Source of the DNA: a virus
Lineage: Duplodnaviria; Caudoviricetes
Direction: 5' to 3' (one strand)
IMG/VR virus record: IMGVR_UViG_3300034416_000014
Coordinates: 1 to 37,818 of that record
DNA: 37,818 bases
A model generated the notes under the pieces. That model was not told where the DNA came from. It did no database searches and saw only the letters and a list, made by a program, of their open reading frames with translations. The translations under genes and the position numbers were made by a program. This document shows, piece by piece, positions 1-7,651 of the stretch. The number at the start of each line of letters is the position of its first letter. Within the stretch, counting starts at the first letter, position 1.

Positions 1-55
1 GTTAGGACAAAAGATTCTCAATCTTTAAAGAGGGGTTCGACTCCCCTAGGGGCTA
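1..55 (+). tRNA. tRNA-Glu(CTC), 5'-truncated by window edge; integration target
   Basis: Anticodon stem AAAGA(10-14)/TCTTT(22-26) with loop TTCTCAA (anticodon CTC 17-19); T-arm AGGGG-TTCGACT-CCCCT (31-47); acceptor 3' strand AGGGGCT plus discriminator A; no encoded CCA. Confidence 0.9.
43..55 (+). repeat. attL core CCCCTAGGGGCTA
   Basis: Identical to 37764-37776; equals the tRNA 3' end; contains the palindrome CCCCTAGGGG. Confidence 0.9.
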
Positions 56-58
56 TAT

Positions 59-110
59 AAGCGGCTTGTATTTCGTTACTAGATAACGATTTACAATCCG
101 CTTTTCTTTT
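59..110 (+). terminator. Long hairpin with U-tract after the tRNA
   Basis: AAGCGG-c-TTGTA-tt-TCGTTA / TAACGA-tt-TACAA-t-CCGCTT followed by TTCTTTT. Confidence 0.7.
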
Positions 111-111
111 C

Positions 112-135
112 ATGTGGCGTTATATGTGGCGTTAT
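112..135 (+). repeat. Tandem 12-bp repeat ATGTGGCGTTAT x2, candidate integrase arm-type sites
   Basis: 112-123 equals 124-135; CATGTGGCG recurs inverted at 202-210 and near attR at 37662-37670. Confidence 0.6.
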
Positions 136-161
136 TGGCCTTTTAGGGCTAAAATGACCCC

Positions 162-1334
162 ATGCCGAGACAAAAAAAGCCTATTCGGGCCGAGCGAATA
201 TCGCCACATGACCCGCGCTTCCGAGTGTCCTTCTTGGGGGTCGAAGGGTCGTGGGTCGCGCCCTATGAGGACCGCGCCCGCGCGATCGCTTGGGCCGAGC
301 GCAACCGCGACGCTCTGATCTCCAAGCGGTCAGGGAAGCGGAATTTCCGCGAGCTGGCCGTCGGGTTCTTCGACCGTGGCGGGGCGTGGGACAAGGACCA
401 GGTGCTCATGGGCTGGACGCGGACGGACGCGACGCTCGCCGTCTATGCTGGTTTCCTCAAGAACAACTTCCTATCATGCTTCGGCGACATGGACATCTAT
501 CTCATCGACGCCCCGATGATAAAAACAGCCGTCGCTGGCTTCGTGAAGATCAACGGCAAGCCCTACGCCCGAGCGACGCGGAACAAGATGCGCTACGCCT
601 TGGGCCTCATGTTCACGTACTGGATCTCCACCGGCGCGCTGCGGGCCGCCAATCCGGTGGAGAGCGTGGAAAAGTACAACAAGGCCCCGCAGAAACCCCG
701 CTCCGCCCTCCCCCGCGATGCCCTCGGGAAGCTCTGCCCGCCGACGCATGGCGCCGCGGTGAAGCTCTACGGCTCGGCGATGTATGTCTGCTTCTTCTTC
801 TGCATGAACGACACCGGGGCCAGGCCGGGGGAGCTTCGAGCATTGCGGTGGGGCCAGATAGATTATACGAATCGGTTTGTCGCCATCCGGACGGCGGTCG
901 AGGCGGGCAAGAGTGATAAAATCAAGACGACAAAGACCGGCAAGGTGCGCCCGGCGTATCTATCGGAACGGACGATCCAAGAGCTCAAGATATGGCGCGA
1001 GGAAGCCGAGCACGCCGATGACATGGACTTCATCTTCCTGGCGCCCCACCGAAAGAAGCCGGTGTCGCAAGCTTCGGTAGGGTATGCCTTCGAGAAGGTG
1101 ATGAAAGCGCTCGGCTACGAGGGCCGGGACTGGACGCCCTACTACATCCGGCACTCGTTCGGAACGTACAAAATGGAGATCCTCGACCAGCCGGACATCG
1201 AGCGCCTCATGGGCCATGCTTCGAGTATTACCACCGAGGGCTACCAGCACCCGGACGATGAGACCTTAAGGCTGTCGGGAGCCGGTATTCAACGGACGCT
1301 TGAGGAAAGCAGGAAAAACACCCCGAAATCCTAG
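162..1334 (+). CDS. int: Tyrosine recombinase / phage integrase
   Basis: Motifs TGARPGEL, TKT, YYIRHSF, LMGH and catalytic Tyr (TEGYQH); adjacent to attL. Confidence 0.95.
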   Translation: MPRQKKPIRAERISPHDPRFRVSFLGVEGSWVAPYEDRARAIAWAERNRDALISKRSGKRNFRELAVGFFDRGGAWDKDQVLMGWTRTDATLAVYAGFLKNNFLSCFGDMDIYLIDAPMIKTAVAGFVKINGKPYARATRNKMRYALGLMFTYWISTGALRAANPVESVEKYNKAPQKPRSALPRDALGKLCPPTHGAAVKLYGSAMYVCFFFCMNDTGARPGELRALRWGQIDYTNRFVAIRTAVEAGKSDKIKTTKTGKVRPAYLSERTIQELKIWREEAEHADDMDFIFLAPHRKKPVSQASVGYAFEKVMKALGYEGRDWTPYYIRHSFGTYKMEILDQPDIERLMGHASSITTEGYQHPDDETLRLSGAGIQRTLEESRKNTPKS

Positions 1335-1439
1335 GCGCGCCGGGGCTGGGATAAATCCTATGGCGGAAAAGGTAAAACTAGACCCCAATTGTGGCCCGAC
1401 GCGTCCTAGGCCCAGGAATCGGCCTTCCTGGGCATTTCG

Positions 1440-1739
1440 CTAATATGCGCCCCGGTCGGTATGGCAGAGGTCGCACTTGTCGGCATCCCAGGGATTCGTC
1501 GCCCCGCACTTCCTGCATGTCCAGTCGGGATACTTGCGCACCGGGTCGATGTGCTTTTCCGGTTCCTTCACCCCGGCCATGCGCTCAAGGGCGGCGACGG
1601 TCCGTTCCTGCAGGGCGATCATCTCATTGATTCGAAAATACCATAGCGTCGGGCGCCGGAAGATGAGCCATACAAGAACGTAGACGCCGAGCGAAACAGC
1701 CGCCGCGATCAGGTAAATGCTATAATCGATGCCGTACAT
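1440..1739 (-). CDS. Membrane protein with C-terminal RanBP2-type zinc finger (lysogeny-expressed accessory)
   Basis: N-terminal hydrophobic helix; WTCRKCGATNPWDADKCDLC fits W-x-C-x2-C-x3-N-x6-C-x2-C. Confidence 0.7.
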   Translation of the reverse strand: MYGIDYSIYLIAAAVSLGVYVLVWLIFRRPTLWYFRINEMIALQERTVAALERMAGVKEPEKHIDPVRKYPDWTCRKCGATNPWDADKCDLCHTDRGAY

Positions 1740-1748
1740 CCTCGCCTC

Positions 1749-2018
1749 CTACTTCTTTGACCCGAGAATCTTGTCGTGAAGGGCGCTTGCCTTGAGGTCG
1801 TCGCCCCGCTCGACCGGCAGGCATTTAGCCTCGTATCGCTGCAGGCCCAGCTCGACCAGGTACCCCATGAACTCGTTTTCGTACTTGTCGCTATAGCGCC
1901 CTTTCGCCTTAGCCGCGCGCGCCGCGGCGAGCACGCGCCCGGAAATCCGAACCTTGACCGTCTCGCTCGAATTTTCGAGCGGCTTCTTTCTTGGCTCTTT
2001 TTCTTTTTCATCGCTCAT
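1749..2018 (-). CDS. Putative RHH-like DNA-binding regulator (repressor candidate 2)
   Basis: Alternating beta-strand TVKVRIS followed by two helices; paralogous to 2152-2409; G-rich RBS upstream. Confidence 0.6.
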   Translation of the reverse strand: MSDEKEKEPRKKPLENSSETVKVRISGRVLAAARAAKAKGRYSDKYENEFMGYLVELGLQRYEAKCLPVERGDDLKASALHDKILGSKK

Positions 2019-2151
2019 AGTATCCCCCTACTTGCCAGCGCCCCACCGTAAAACTGCCAATCGTTTACCACGTTCTGAAATTGCAATATTTTGCCATGAT
2101 TATTTAATGTTTCCACGCCAGTGTTGCTCGATGGCTCCGCCCTAAAGGCAA

Positions 2152-2409
2152 CTACTCTCCCGCAACCCGGCCCGTTATTTCCGTCGATGGTTTCTTATTC
2201 TTTCCCACCCGAAGCTCGATCTTCAACACCTCGTCTTCATAAACATTCGACCCGAGCCAGATCAGATATGTTGCGAACTCGGAATCAAACTTGTCCGCCC
2301 AGTATCCTTGATCCTTGTCGGCCTGCATCCTCGCGTAGACGTCTTCGCTTATGTTGAACTTGAGCTGGTGGGTATGGACGTCCTGCTTATTCTTTCTTGT
2401 GTTCGCCAT
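2152..2409 (-). CDS. Putative RHH-like DNA-binding regulator (repressor candidate 1)
   Basis: QLKFNISEDVY strand-helix pattern; first gene left of the divergent control region; RBS GGGGGAGGG. Confidence 0.6.
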   Translation of the reverse strand: MANTRKNKQDVHTHQLKFNISEDVYARMQADKDQGYWADKFDSEFATYLIWLGSNVYEDEVLKIELRVGKNKKPSTEITGRVAGE

Positions 2410-2511
2410 AGCCCTCCCCCATTTCAGTACCTATTTTAGTACTATATCTTCCATTTATCGTATACTTACAATTGTTTTGCAAGAAAAATCGTAAAATAAT
2501 TCGATTTATGC

Positions 2512-2540
2512 TTTACGAGTACGAGATCTCGTACTAGAAT
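2512..2540 (+). promoter_or_regulatory. Rightward early promoter with an 18-bp palindromic operator in its spacer
   Basis: TTTACG(2512-17)-17 bp-TAGAAT(2535-40); perfect palindrome AGTACGAGATCTCGTACT at 2518-2535. Confidence 0.75.
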
Positions 2541-2547
2541 GTCGCTC

Positions 2548-2724
2548 ATGGACTCAAAGACCAAATACGCGAACGCCGTCCTCGACGCGAAAACGCGAAA
2601 AAAAGTAGTGCGGATCGCCAAGCGCGAAAGAACCACCAAGGCCGTCATGGCGGGGCGCCTCCTTGAGCGCGGCTTGGCCGAGTACGAGCGCCTCCTGGCC
2701 GAGGGCAAGGACCCGCACCAATGA
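2548..2724 (+). CDS. Cro-position small RHH/CopG-like regulator (probably leaderless)
   Basis: YANAVLDAKTRKKVVRIAKRERTTKAVMAGRLLERGL; track start 2539 lies inside the -10 box, so 2548 is preferred. Confidence 0.6.
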   Translation: MDSKTKYANAVLDAKTRKKVVRIAKRERTTKAVMAGRLLERGLAEYERLLAEGKDPHQ

Positions 2725-3059
2725 CCGATGCCCGCGACAACCTCGCCGGCGCGGTGAACGAGCAGGGCGCTCTGTTGCAGACCATCGCCGAGAGCCTGCG
2801 CATCGCCCTGGGCGAGCTGACCCTGTCCCTGGCCGACATCGCCAAGCGGGAGAACATTTCCCGCAGCCAGCTCGACCGATCCCCCTGGCTCATCCCGGGC
2901 TTTGGGGCGTCCTGCGATGCCGGGGCGCACCCCTGGCGGTGCTATATCAGCACCTACGCCAAGTGGACGGCGTTACCGGCGGATAAGCGGCGCGAGCAGT
3001 GGGATCTGATGCCCGCTCGCGAACGCCGCAAGGTGCGATCAGCAGCGAGGGCGGCATGA
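2721..3059 (+). CDS. Putative HTH DNA-binding / excisionase-like protein
   Basis: LSLADIAKRENISRSQL helix-turn-helix pattern; ATGA coupling to the upstream gene. Confidence 0.45.
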   Translation: MTDARDNLAGAVNEQGALLQTIAESLRIALGELTLSLADIAKRENISRSQLDRSPWLIPGFGASCDAGAHPWRCYISTYAKWTALPADKRREQWDLMPARERRKVRSAARAA

Positions 3060-3487
3060 TTAAATCCCGTCGCTCGCTTCCCGAAATGGGATATTCCGAA
3101 CTTGAGAAAAAGCTCGACAAGGAAATATCTATCTACGTCCGGCGCAAGTATTCCGTGAACGGATATTGCCGATGTTACACCTGCGGGGCAGTTCAGCCCA
3201 TCGAGTCGACTGACTGCGGGCATTTCATCGTCCGGGCCTACCGCGGAACCCGGTACGACCTTCGGAACCTTCGGCCGCAATGCGTCCGGTGCAACTGGAC
3301 GCTCGAAGGAAACCATTCAATTTTCCGCGAAAAGTTGGTCGAGGAATACGGCGAGAAAGAAATCTCCGCGATGGAGGACTACGCCAAGTTCTTCGGTCAG
3401 ACTCGCCACCCCCGCGAATGGCTTTTAGCTGAAATCGAGAAATACAGAAAACTCAATAAAAACGCGGGCGTATGCCCGAGTGAATAA
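3056..3487 (+). CDS. ninG: NinG/Rap-like recombination endonuclease
   Basis: CYTCG...DCGHF...R...NLRPQCVRCN...LVEEYGE pattern typical of the lambda NinG family. Confidence 0.8.
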   Translation: MIKSRRSLPEMGYSELEKKLDKEISIYVRRKYSVNGYCRCYTCGAVQPIESTDCGHFIVRAYRGTRYDLRNLRPQCVRCNWTLEGNHSIFREKLVEEYGEKEISAMEDYAKFFGQTRHPREWLLAEIEKYRKLNKNAGVCPSE

Positions 3488-3502
3488 ATGGAGGGAGGAT
3501 TT

Positions 3503-3805
3503 ATGAATCCGAAAAGTTTTTTTGCCGATCCGGAAACCGTGCCCGCCCCGGTCGAACGCAAGGAAATCAGAGAGATCACCAAGGAGCTGGAGGAAGCCAA
3601 CAACATTCTGTCCGCCGAGATGTGCGCTCTAATCGACGCCCTGCACCCGATCATGAGCGACGCAATATTCAAGGAGTGCGATGTCAACGCGAGCGCCATC
3701 CCTGGAATCTCCACCGACCTGGGCAACCTGCTTTCGGGGATCTTCACGAAGACCAGGCTCAACATTTCTACGATCCAGGCCATCAAAAAGGCAATCCAGA
3801 TATGA
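3503..3805 (+). CDS. Hypothetical phage protein
   Basis: Strong RBS GGAGG before ATG 3503; operonic position. Confidence 0.65.
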   Translation: MNPKSFFADPETVPAPVERKEIREITKELEEANNILSAEMCALIDALHPIMSDAIFKECDVNASAIPGISTDLGNLLSGIFTKTRLNISTIQAIKKAIQI

Positions 3806-3852
3806 AGTCCAACACCTTACCAGCTGGCTTGAAAAAGGAGGTGATCACTTAA
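3802..3852 (+). CDS. Possible 16-aa leader peptide MKSNTLPAGLKKEVIT
   Basis: ATGA overlap with the upstream stop; ends just before the structured non-coding block. Confidence 0.3.
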   Translation: MKSNTLPAGLKKEVIT

Positions 3853-3890
3853 CTTCCGCGCGATGCCCCGGCGCGTTGTCCGTGGCGATT

Positions 3891-3975
3891 GGGGGCGTAG
3901 CGACCAGGGAGCGCTTGTGGCAGGCGTGGATCTGGACGTGAACGGTCAAAGCGGGTCCGACTCCCGCCGCCCCGA
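3891..3975 (+). ncRNA. tRNA-like element (acceptor stem plus T-arm, non-canonical D and anticodon arms)
   Basis: GGGGCG(3892-97) pairs with CGCCCC(3968-73); followed by TAGC as at tRNA positions 8-11; T-arm GCGGG-TCCGACT-CCCGC (3951-67). Confidence 0.55.
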
Positions 3976-4147
3976 ATACCCCCAGCGGAGGGGCGATCGA
4001 AAGGTACTTACTACAATCTAGGGTGAATAAAAGCGCGGCGCCGCCGTTGGCGCACCACCGCGCACTTGGGGCGGCGGCGGAGGGGTTTTACTCCTTTTCC
4101 CTGTCCGCGCAGGCCCATGACCTGACCGCCTCATTCTTGGAGGGATT

Positions 4148-4336
4148 ATGAAGTTGAAAGCGATTCTGGCTTGGCTATTCCTCGATCCGCACCCCGAGCT
4201 TTCCGAGTGGCATTCCTCGACCCGCGAAGCCGCGAACCTCGCCCATTGCCCGCCCTGGCCCTGCAAAGGCGCCAGCCGCGAACTTTGCGCAAGCTGCCGG
4301 CAGGAACGAAAGCCGCTCGAGGCCCGCCATGCGTGA
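4148..4336 (+). CDS. Small Cys-rich hypothetical protein
   Basis: RBS GGAGG; C-x4-C and CASC motifs. Confidence 0.55.
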   Translation: MKLKAILAWLFLDPHPELSEWHSSTREAANLAHCPPWPCKGASRELCASCRQERKPLEARHA

Positions 4337-4697
4337 ACTATGGGTCAATGGCAAGCACTACCTCAATGTGCGGCAATTCCTTTTCGACATCGGTGTCTCC
4401 GACGACAAGCAGCGATCGTGCTACAAACCGATCCTTCACGCGCTGAAAGAAGGCACCGGGACATGGCTTCACTCTGGGACGACCTACTCCATTTCTTCCA
4501 CCGCACCCGCCGCCGATCTATCAATCGCCGGGCGCCGCCGCAAGGCCCGCGAATCCATCCTCGCCATTTCCAGGCCGCGAGCCATCGCCGAGATTGAGTC
4601 GCCGCACCGCGCGGAGCGCCGCCTCTTGTCGCGCACTCATGCGACGTTCGGACTGCACCAGGATCGCGGCGATCACTACGCGGAGGTGGACGCATGA
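4329..4697 (+). CDS. Hypothetical phage protein
   Basis: Overlapping start and stop with both neighbours. Confidence 0.6.
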   Translation: MRELWVNGKHYLNVRQFLFDIGVSDDKQRSCYKPILHALKEGTGTWLHSGTTYSISSTAPAADLSIAGRRRKARESILAISRPRAIAEIESPHRAERRLLSRTHATFGLHQDRGDHYAEVDA

Positions 4698-5007
4698 CGT
4701 ACTTCGAGCCCGAGCTTGACTTCATTACCTCCCTGCCGCCAGCCGCCGACACCCATGGCCAAAAATTCGCCGCCTACCATAAAGCGCACCCCGAAATCTA
4801 CGCGGCGATCAAGCGCGAAGCGCTGGCGACCGTGGGCCGCATCTCGACCAAGCGCATCTACGAGACACTGCGCGGAAGATTCCCCCACCTTGACAACTCA
4901 TACACCGGGGACTATGCGGACATGCTCTGCGACGAGTACCACGCCATGGCCGCCCGCATCGAGCGCCGCCGCCGCCCCGAGCGAAAGATGAAGCTGGTGT
5001 ACACGAA

Positions 5008-5011
<4 letters not shown>
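4694..5011 (+). CDS. Conserved hypothetical phage protein
   Basis: RBS GGAGG; [12 protein letters not shown]...[11 protein letters not shown]...[10 protein letters not shown] pattern recalled from small phage proteins. Confidence 0.65.
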
Positions 5012-5682
<671 letters not shown>

Positions 5683-5891
5683 ACGCCGGCGAGAACACCG
5701 CCCATTCCAACCTCACGCACTGGCTGGACGGGGCGCAAGCCGAGCTGGGGCTATGAATGGACCACTGCCACGCGCCCGCCTGCGCCTATCTGACGACTCC
5801 CGACGGCGTAGCGATCACGAGCGAGGCGGTGCCAAAGCCCGCGGCATCATCGCCGAGGTCGTGGAGAGGCTCAGGCGGCTCGATGCGCTGC

Positions 5892-6050
5892 TCAGTGCGT
5901 AGATTGGAACAGCTCGGGCCAGCGTTCCTCTATGCGCTCAAGGGCAAGGGCAAGAAGGAAGGGGGCGACCTTTTTCTGCTTTGCCTTCTCCATGGCTTTC
6001 TCTATCAATTCCTGTTCCTTTTCGGTCGGCGTCAATCCTATTCGTTTCAT
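5892..6050 (-). CDS. 52-aa RHH-like regulator (absent from ORF track)
   Basis: Own translation MKRIGLTPTEKEQELIEKAMEKAKQKKVAPFLLALALERIEERWPELFQSTH; near-consensus promoter directly upstream. Confidence 0.7.
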   Translation of the reverse strand: MKRIGLTPTEKEQELIEKAMEKAKQKKVAPFLLALALERIEERWPELFQSTH

Positions 6051-6056
6051 ATCTCA

Positions 6057-6141
6057 ATTATAACGGAATAACGGAAAAATGACAATAAGTAACATTTAGT
6101 GTATTTTATGCCTTGACGGTTGCTGGTAGTTACTATAATAT
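6057..6141. promoter_or_regulatory. Second divergent promoter pair
   Basis: Minus: TTGTCA(6085-80)-17-TATAAT(6062-57). Plus: TTGACG(6113-18)-17-TAATAT(6136-41). AT-rich island with GTAGTTAC repeats. Confidence 0.75.
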
Positions 6142-6174
6142 ACTAGTAGTTACGATAAGTAAACGGAGGTAACT

Positions 6175-6354
6175 ATGGAGAAAGTATTCATGAGCAGGAA
6201 AGAGGCAGCCACCGCGCTCTGCGTTACCGACCAAAGCGTTGATGACTATCGCATGGCAGGCAAGCTCCGCGCGACGAAAAACGGGCGAAAAGTGCTCATT
6301 CTTACGGAGGACGTGCGCAAAATGCAGAAGGCTCTCATGGAGGTGGTTAAATGA
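6175..6354 (+). CDS. 59-aa HTH_17 / excisionase-type DNA-binding protein (absent from ORF track)
   Basis: RBS GGAGGT; MEKVFMSRKEAATALCVTDQSVDDYRMAGKLRATKNGRKVLILTEDVRKM fits the Xis-like winged-helix pattern; ATGA coupling to the next gene. Confidence 0.8.
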   Translation: MEKVFMSRKEAATALCVTDQSVDDYRMAGKLRATKNGRKVLILTEDVRKMQKALMEVVK

Positions 6355-6929
6355 CACAAGAGCAAATCAACGAAACGCTGAGACTGCATAAAATGTGGAT
6401 CGAAGACAAAGAAGGTGGTGTGCGCGCCGACCTCATGGGCGCCGACCTCATGGGCGCCAACCTCACGCGCGCCGACCTCACGCGCGCCGACCTCAGGGAC
6501 GCCAACCTCATGGACGCCAACCTCACGCGCGCCGACCTCATGGGCGCCAACCTCACGCGCGCCGACCTCACGCGCGCCGACCTCAGGGACGCCAACCTCA
6601 CGCGCGCCAACCTCACGCACGCCGACCTCATGGACGCCAACCTCATGGACGCCGACCTCATGGGCGCCGACCTCATGGGCGCCGACCTCAGGGACGCCGA
6701 CCTCAGGGACGCCAACCTCACGCGCGCCGACCTTGATTTTTCGTGCTTCCCGCTATGGTGCGGTGGTACTCGCTTCAAGGCCGACGACAGGTTAGTAGCG
6801 CAGGTACTCGCGCATCTTTGCTCGCTCGACGTATCCGACACGGCAAAGGCCGAGCTGGACAAGATCAGGGAGTTTGCCAAGACCTCACACCGCGCCAAGG
6901 AGTGCGGGTTATTGGAGGCGGTGAAATGA
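6351..6929 (+). CDS. Pentapeptide repeat protein
   Basis: 21 A[D/N]Lxx units flanked by LRLHKMW..G.RADL and LDFSCFPLWCG. Confidence 0.9.
   Translation: MTQEQINETLRLHKMWIEDKEGGVRADLMGADLMGANLTRADLTRADLRDANLMDANLTRADLMGANLTRADLTRADLRDANLTRANLTHADLMDANLMDADLMGADLMGADLRDADLRDANLTRADLDFSCFPLWCGGTRFKADDRLVAQVLAHLCSLDVSDTAKAELDKIREFAKTSHRAKECGLLEAVK
6426..6734 (+). repeat. 15-bp tandem repeat array GCC(G/A)ACCTC-N6, about 21 copies
   Basis: Directly visible; only five variants of the 6-nt variable part. Confidence 0.95.
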
Positions 6930-7210
6930 GCGGTGAAAAATCGGCACGGTACGAGGCTAAGACGATGCAGGTGCTTATGTCGGATCGCGGCCTGAAGATC
7001 GCGCGGAACGCCCTGCAATGCGCTATGCGGCCCGAAGCGGCACTTATGTGCGTCGCCAACGTCGCAACGCGCATGATAGTAGCCGAGCGGCTGGAAGCGA
7101 TTGCGCTGCCCCTGCTGGACAAGCCAAAGGTTCGTGGAAGGCTCAGGCAGGCCGGATACACGATCAAGTTCCGCGTCGAAGCGGAATTTTCGATGGAGGT
7201 GGCGGGATGA
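6926..7210 (+). CDS. Hypothetical protein
   Basis: ATGA-coupled start at 6926 after GGAGG. Confidence 0.6.
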   Translation: MSGEKSARYEAKTMQVLMSDRGLKIARNALQCAMRPEAALMCVANVATRMIVAERLEAIALPLLDKPKVRGRLRQAGYTIKFRVEAEFSMEVAG

Positions 7211-7422
7211 GAAGGATGGCGAAATACACGGTCCGCATCGTCATGACGAGCTCGGACGGCAACCGCTACGAGATCGACACCCAAGTGATCGCCCGCGACG
7301 AGCAGGGCGCCAAGGCCATCGCCGCCGAGACCGTGCGGCTGAATAACCACGGCTACTCGGTGCTCGCCAAGACCGCGTTTTTTGATGGCTTCGTACCGGA
7401 AACGGCAAAGGCGGCAGGATGA
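7207..7422 (+). CDS. Hypothetical protein
   Basis: ATGA-coupled start with RBS GGAGG. Confidence 0.6.
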   Translation: MRRMAKYTVRIVMTSSDGNRYEIDTQVIARDEQGAKAIAAETVRLNNHGYSVLAKTAFFDGFVPETAKAAG

Positions 7423-7634
7423 AAGGCGACGCCCCGAAGGCCCGCGCGCCCAAGAAGGCCAAGTGCACGACGAGGATGGATTTTTCCATGGACCAACACG
7501 GAAAGGTTCCGCTCGCCGTCACAGCCGAGTACGCAACGCCCGAAGAGACCGCCGAGAACGCACGAAGGGCCATAGCCCTATTCAAGGGAATTTGCGAGGA
7601 GAACAACTTCAAGATGGGCGACAGCCCGTTTTGA
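7419..7634 (+). CDS. Hypothetical protein
   Basis: ATGA-coupled start; phage-like codon usage. Confidence 0.55.
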   Translation: MKGDAPKARAPKKAKCTTRMDFSMDQHGKVPLAVTAEYATPEETAENARRAIALFKGICEENNFKMGDSPF

Positions 7635-7651
7635 AAAGGAGATTTTTCAGG

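Noticed and set aside
2082-2096. Sigma-54-like TGGCA-N-TTGCA on the minus strand upstream of 2018
   Set aside because: GG-to-GC spacing is one base short of the strict -24/-12 requirement.
3891-3975. Functional tRNA-His or tRNA-Pro call
   Set aside because: A TTGTGGC loop has no flanking stem, the alternative TGG loop lacks U33, and the D-arm is poor; kept only as tRNA-like.
5757-6071. 104-aa plus-strand ORF from the track
   Set aside because: Its hydrophobic tail is the antisense of the better-supported 52-aa minus-strand gene, and it runs into the promoter island.
6426-6734. Repeat array as a possible CRISPR
   Set aside because: 15-bp in-frame coding units with no unique spacers and no cas genes.
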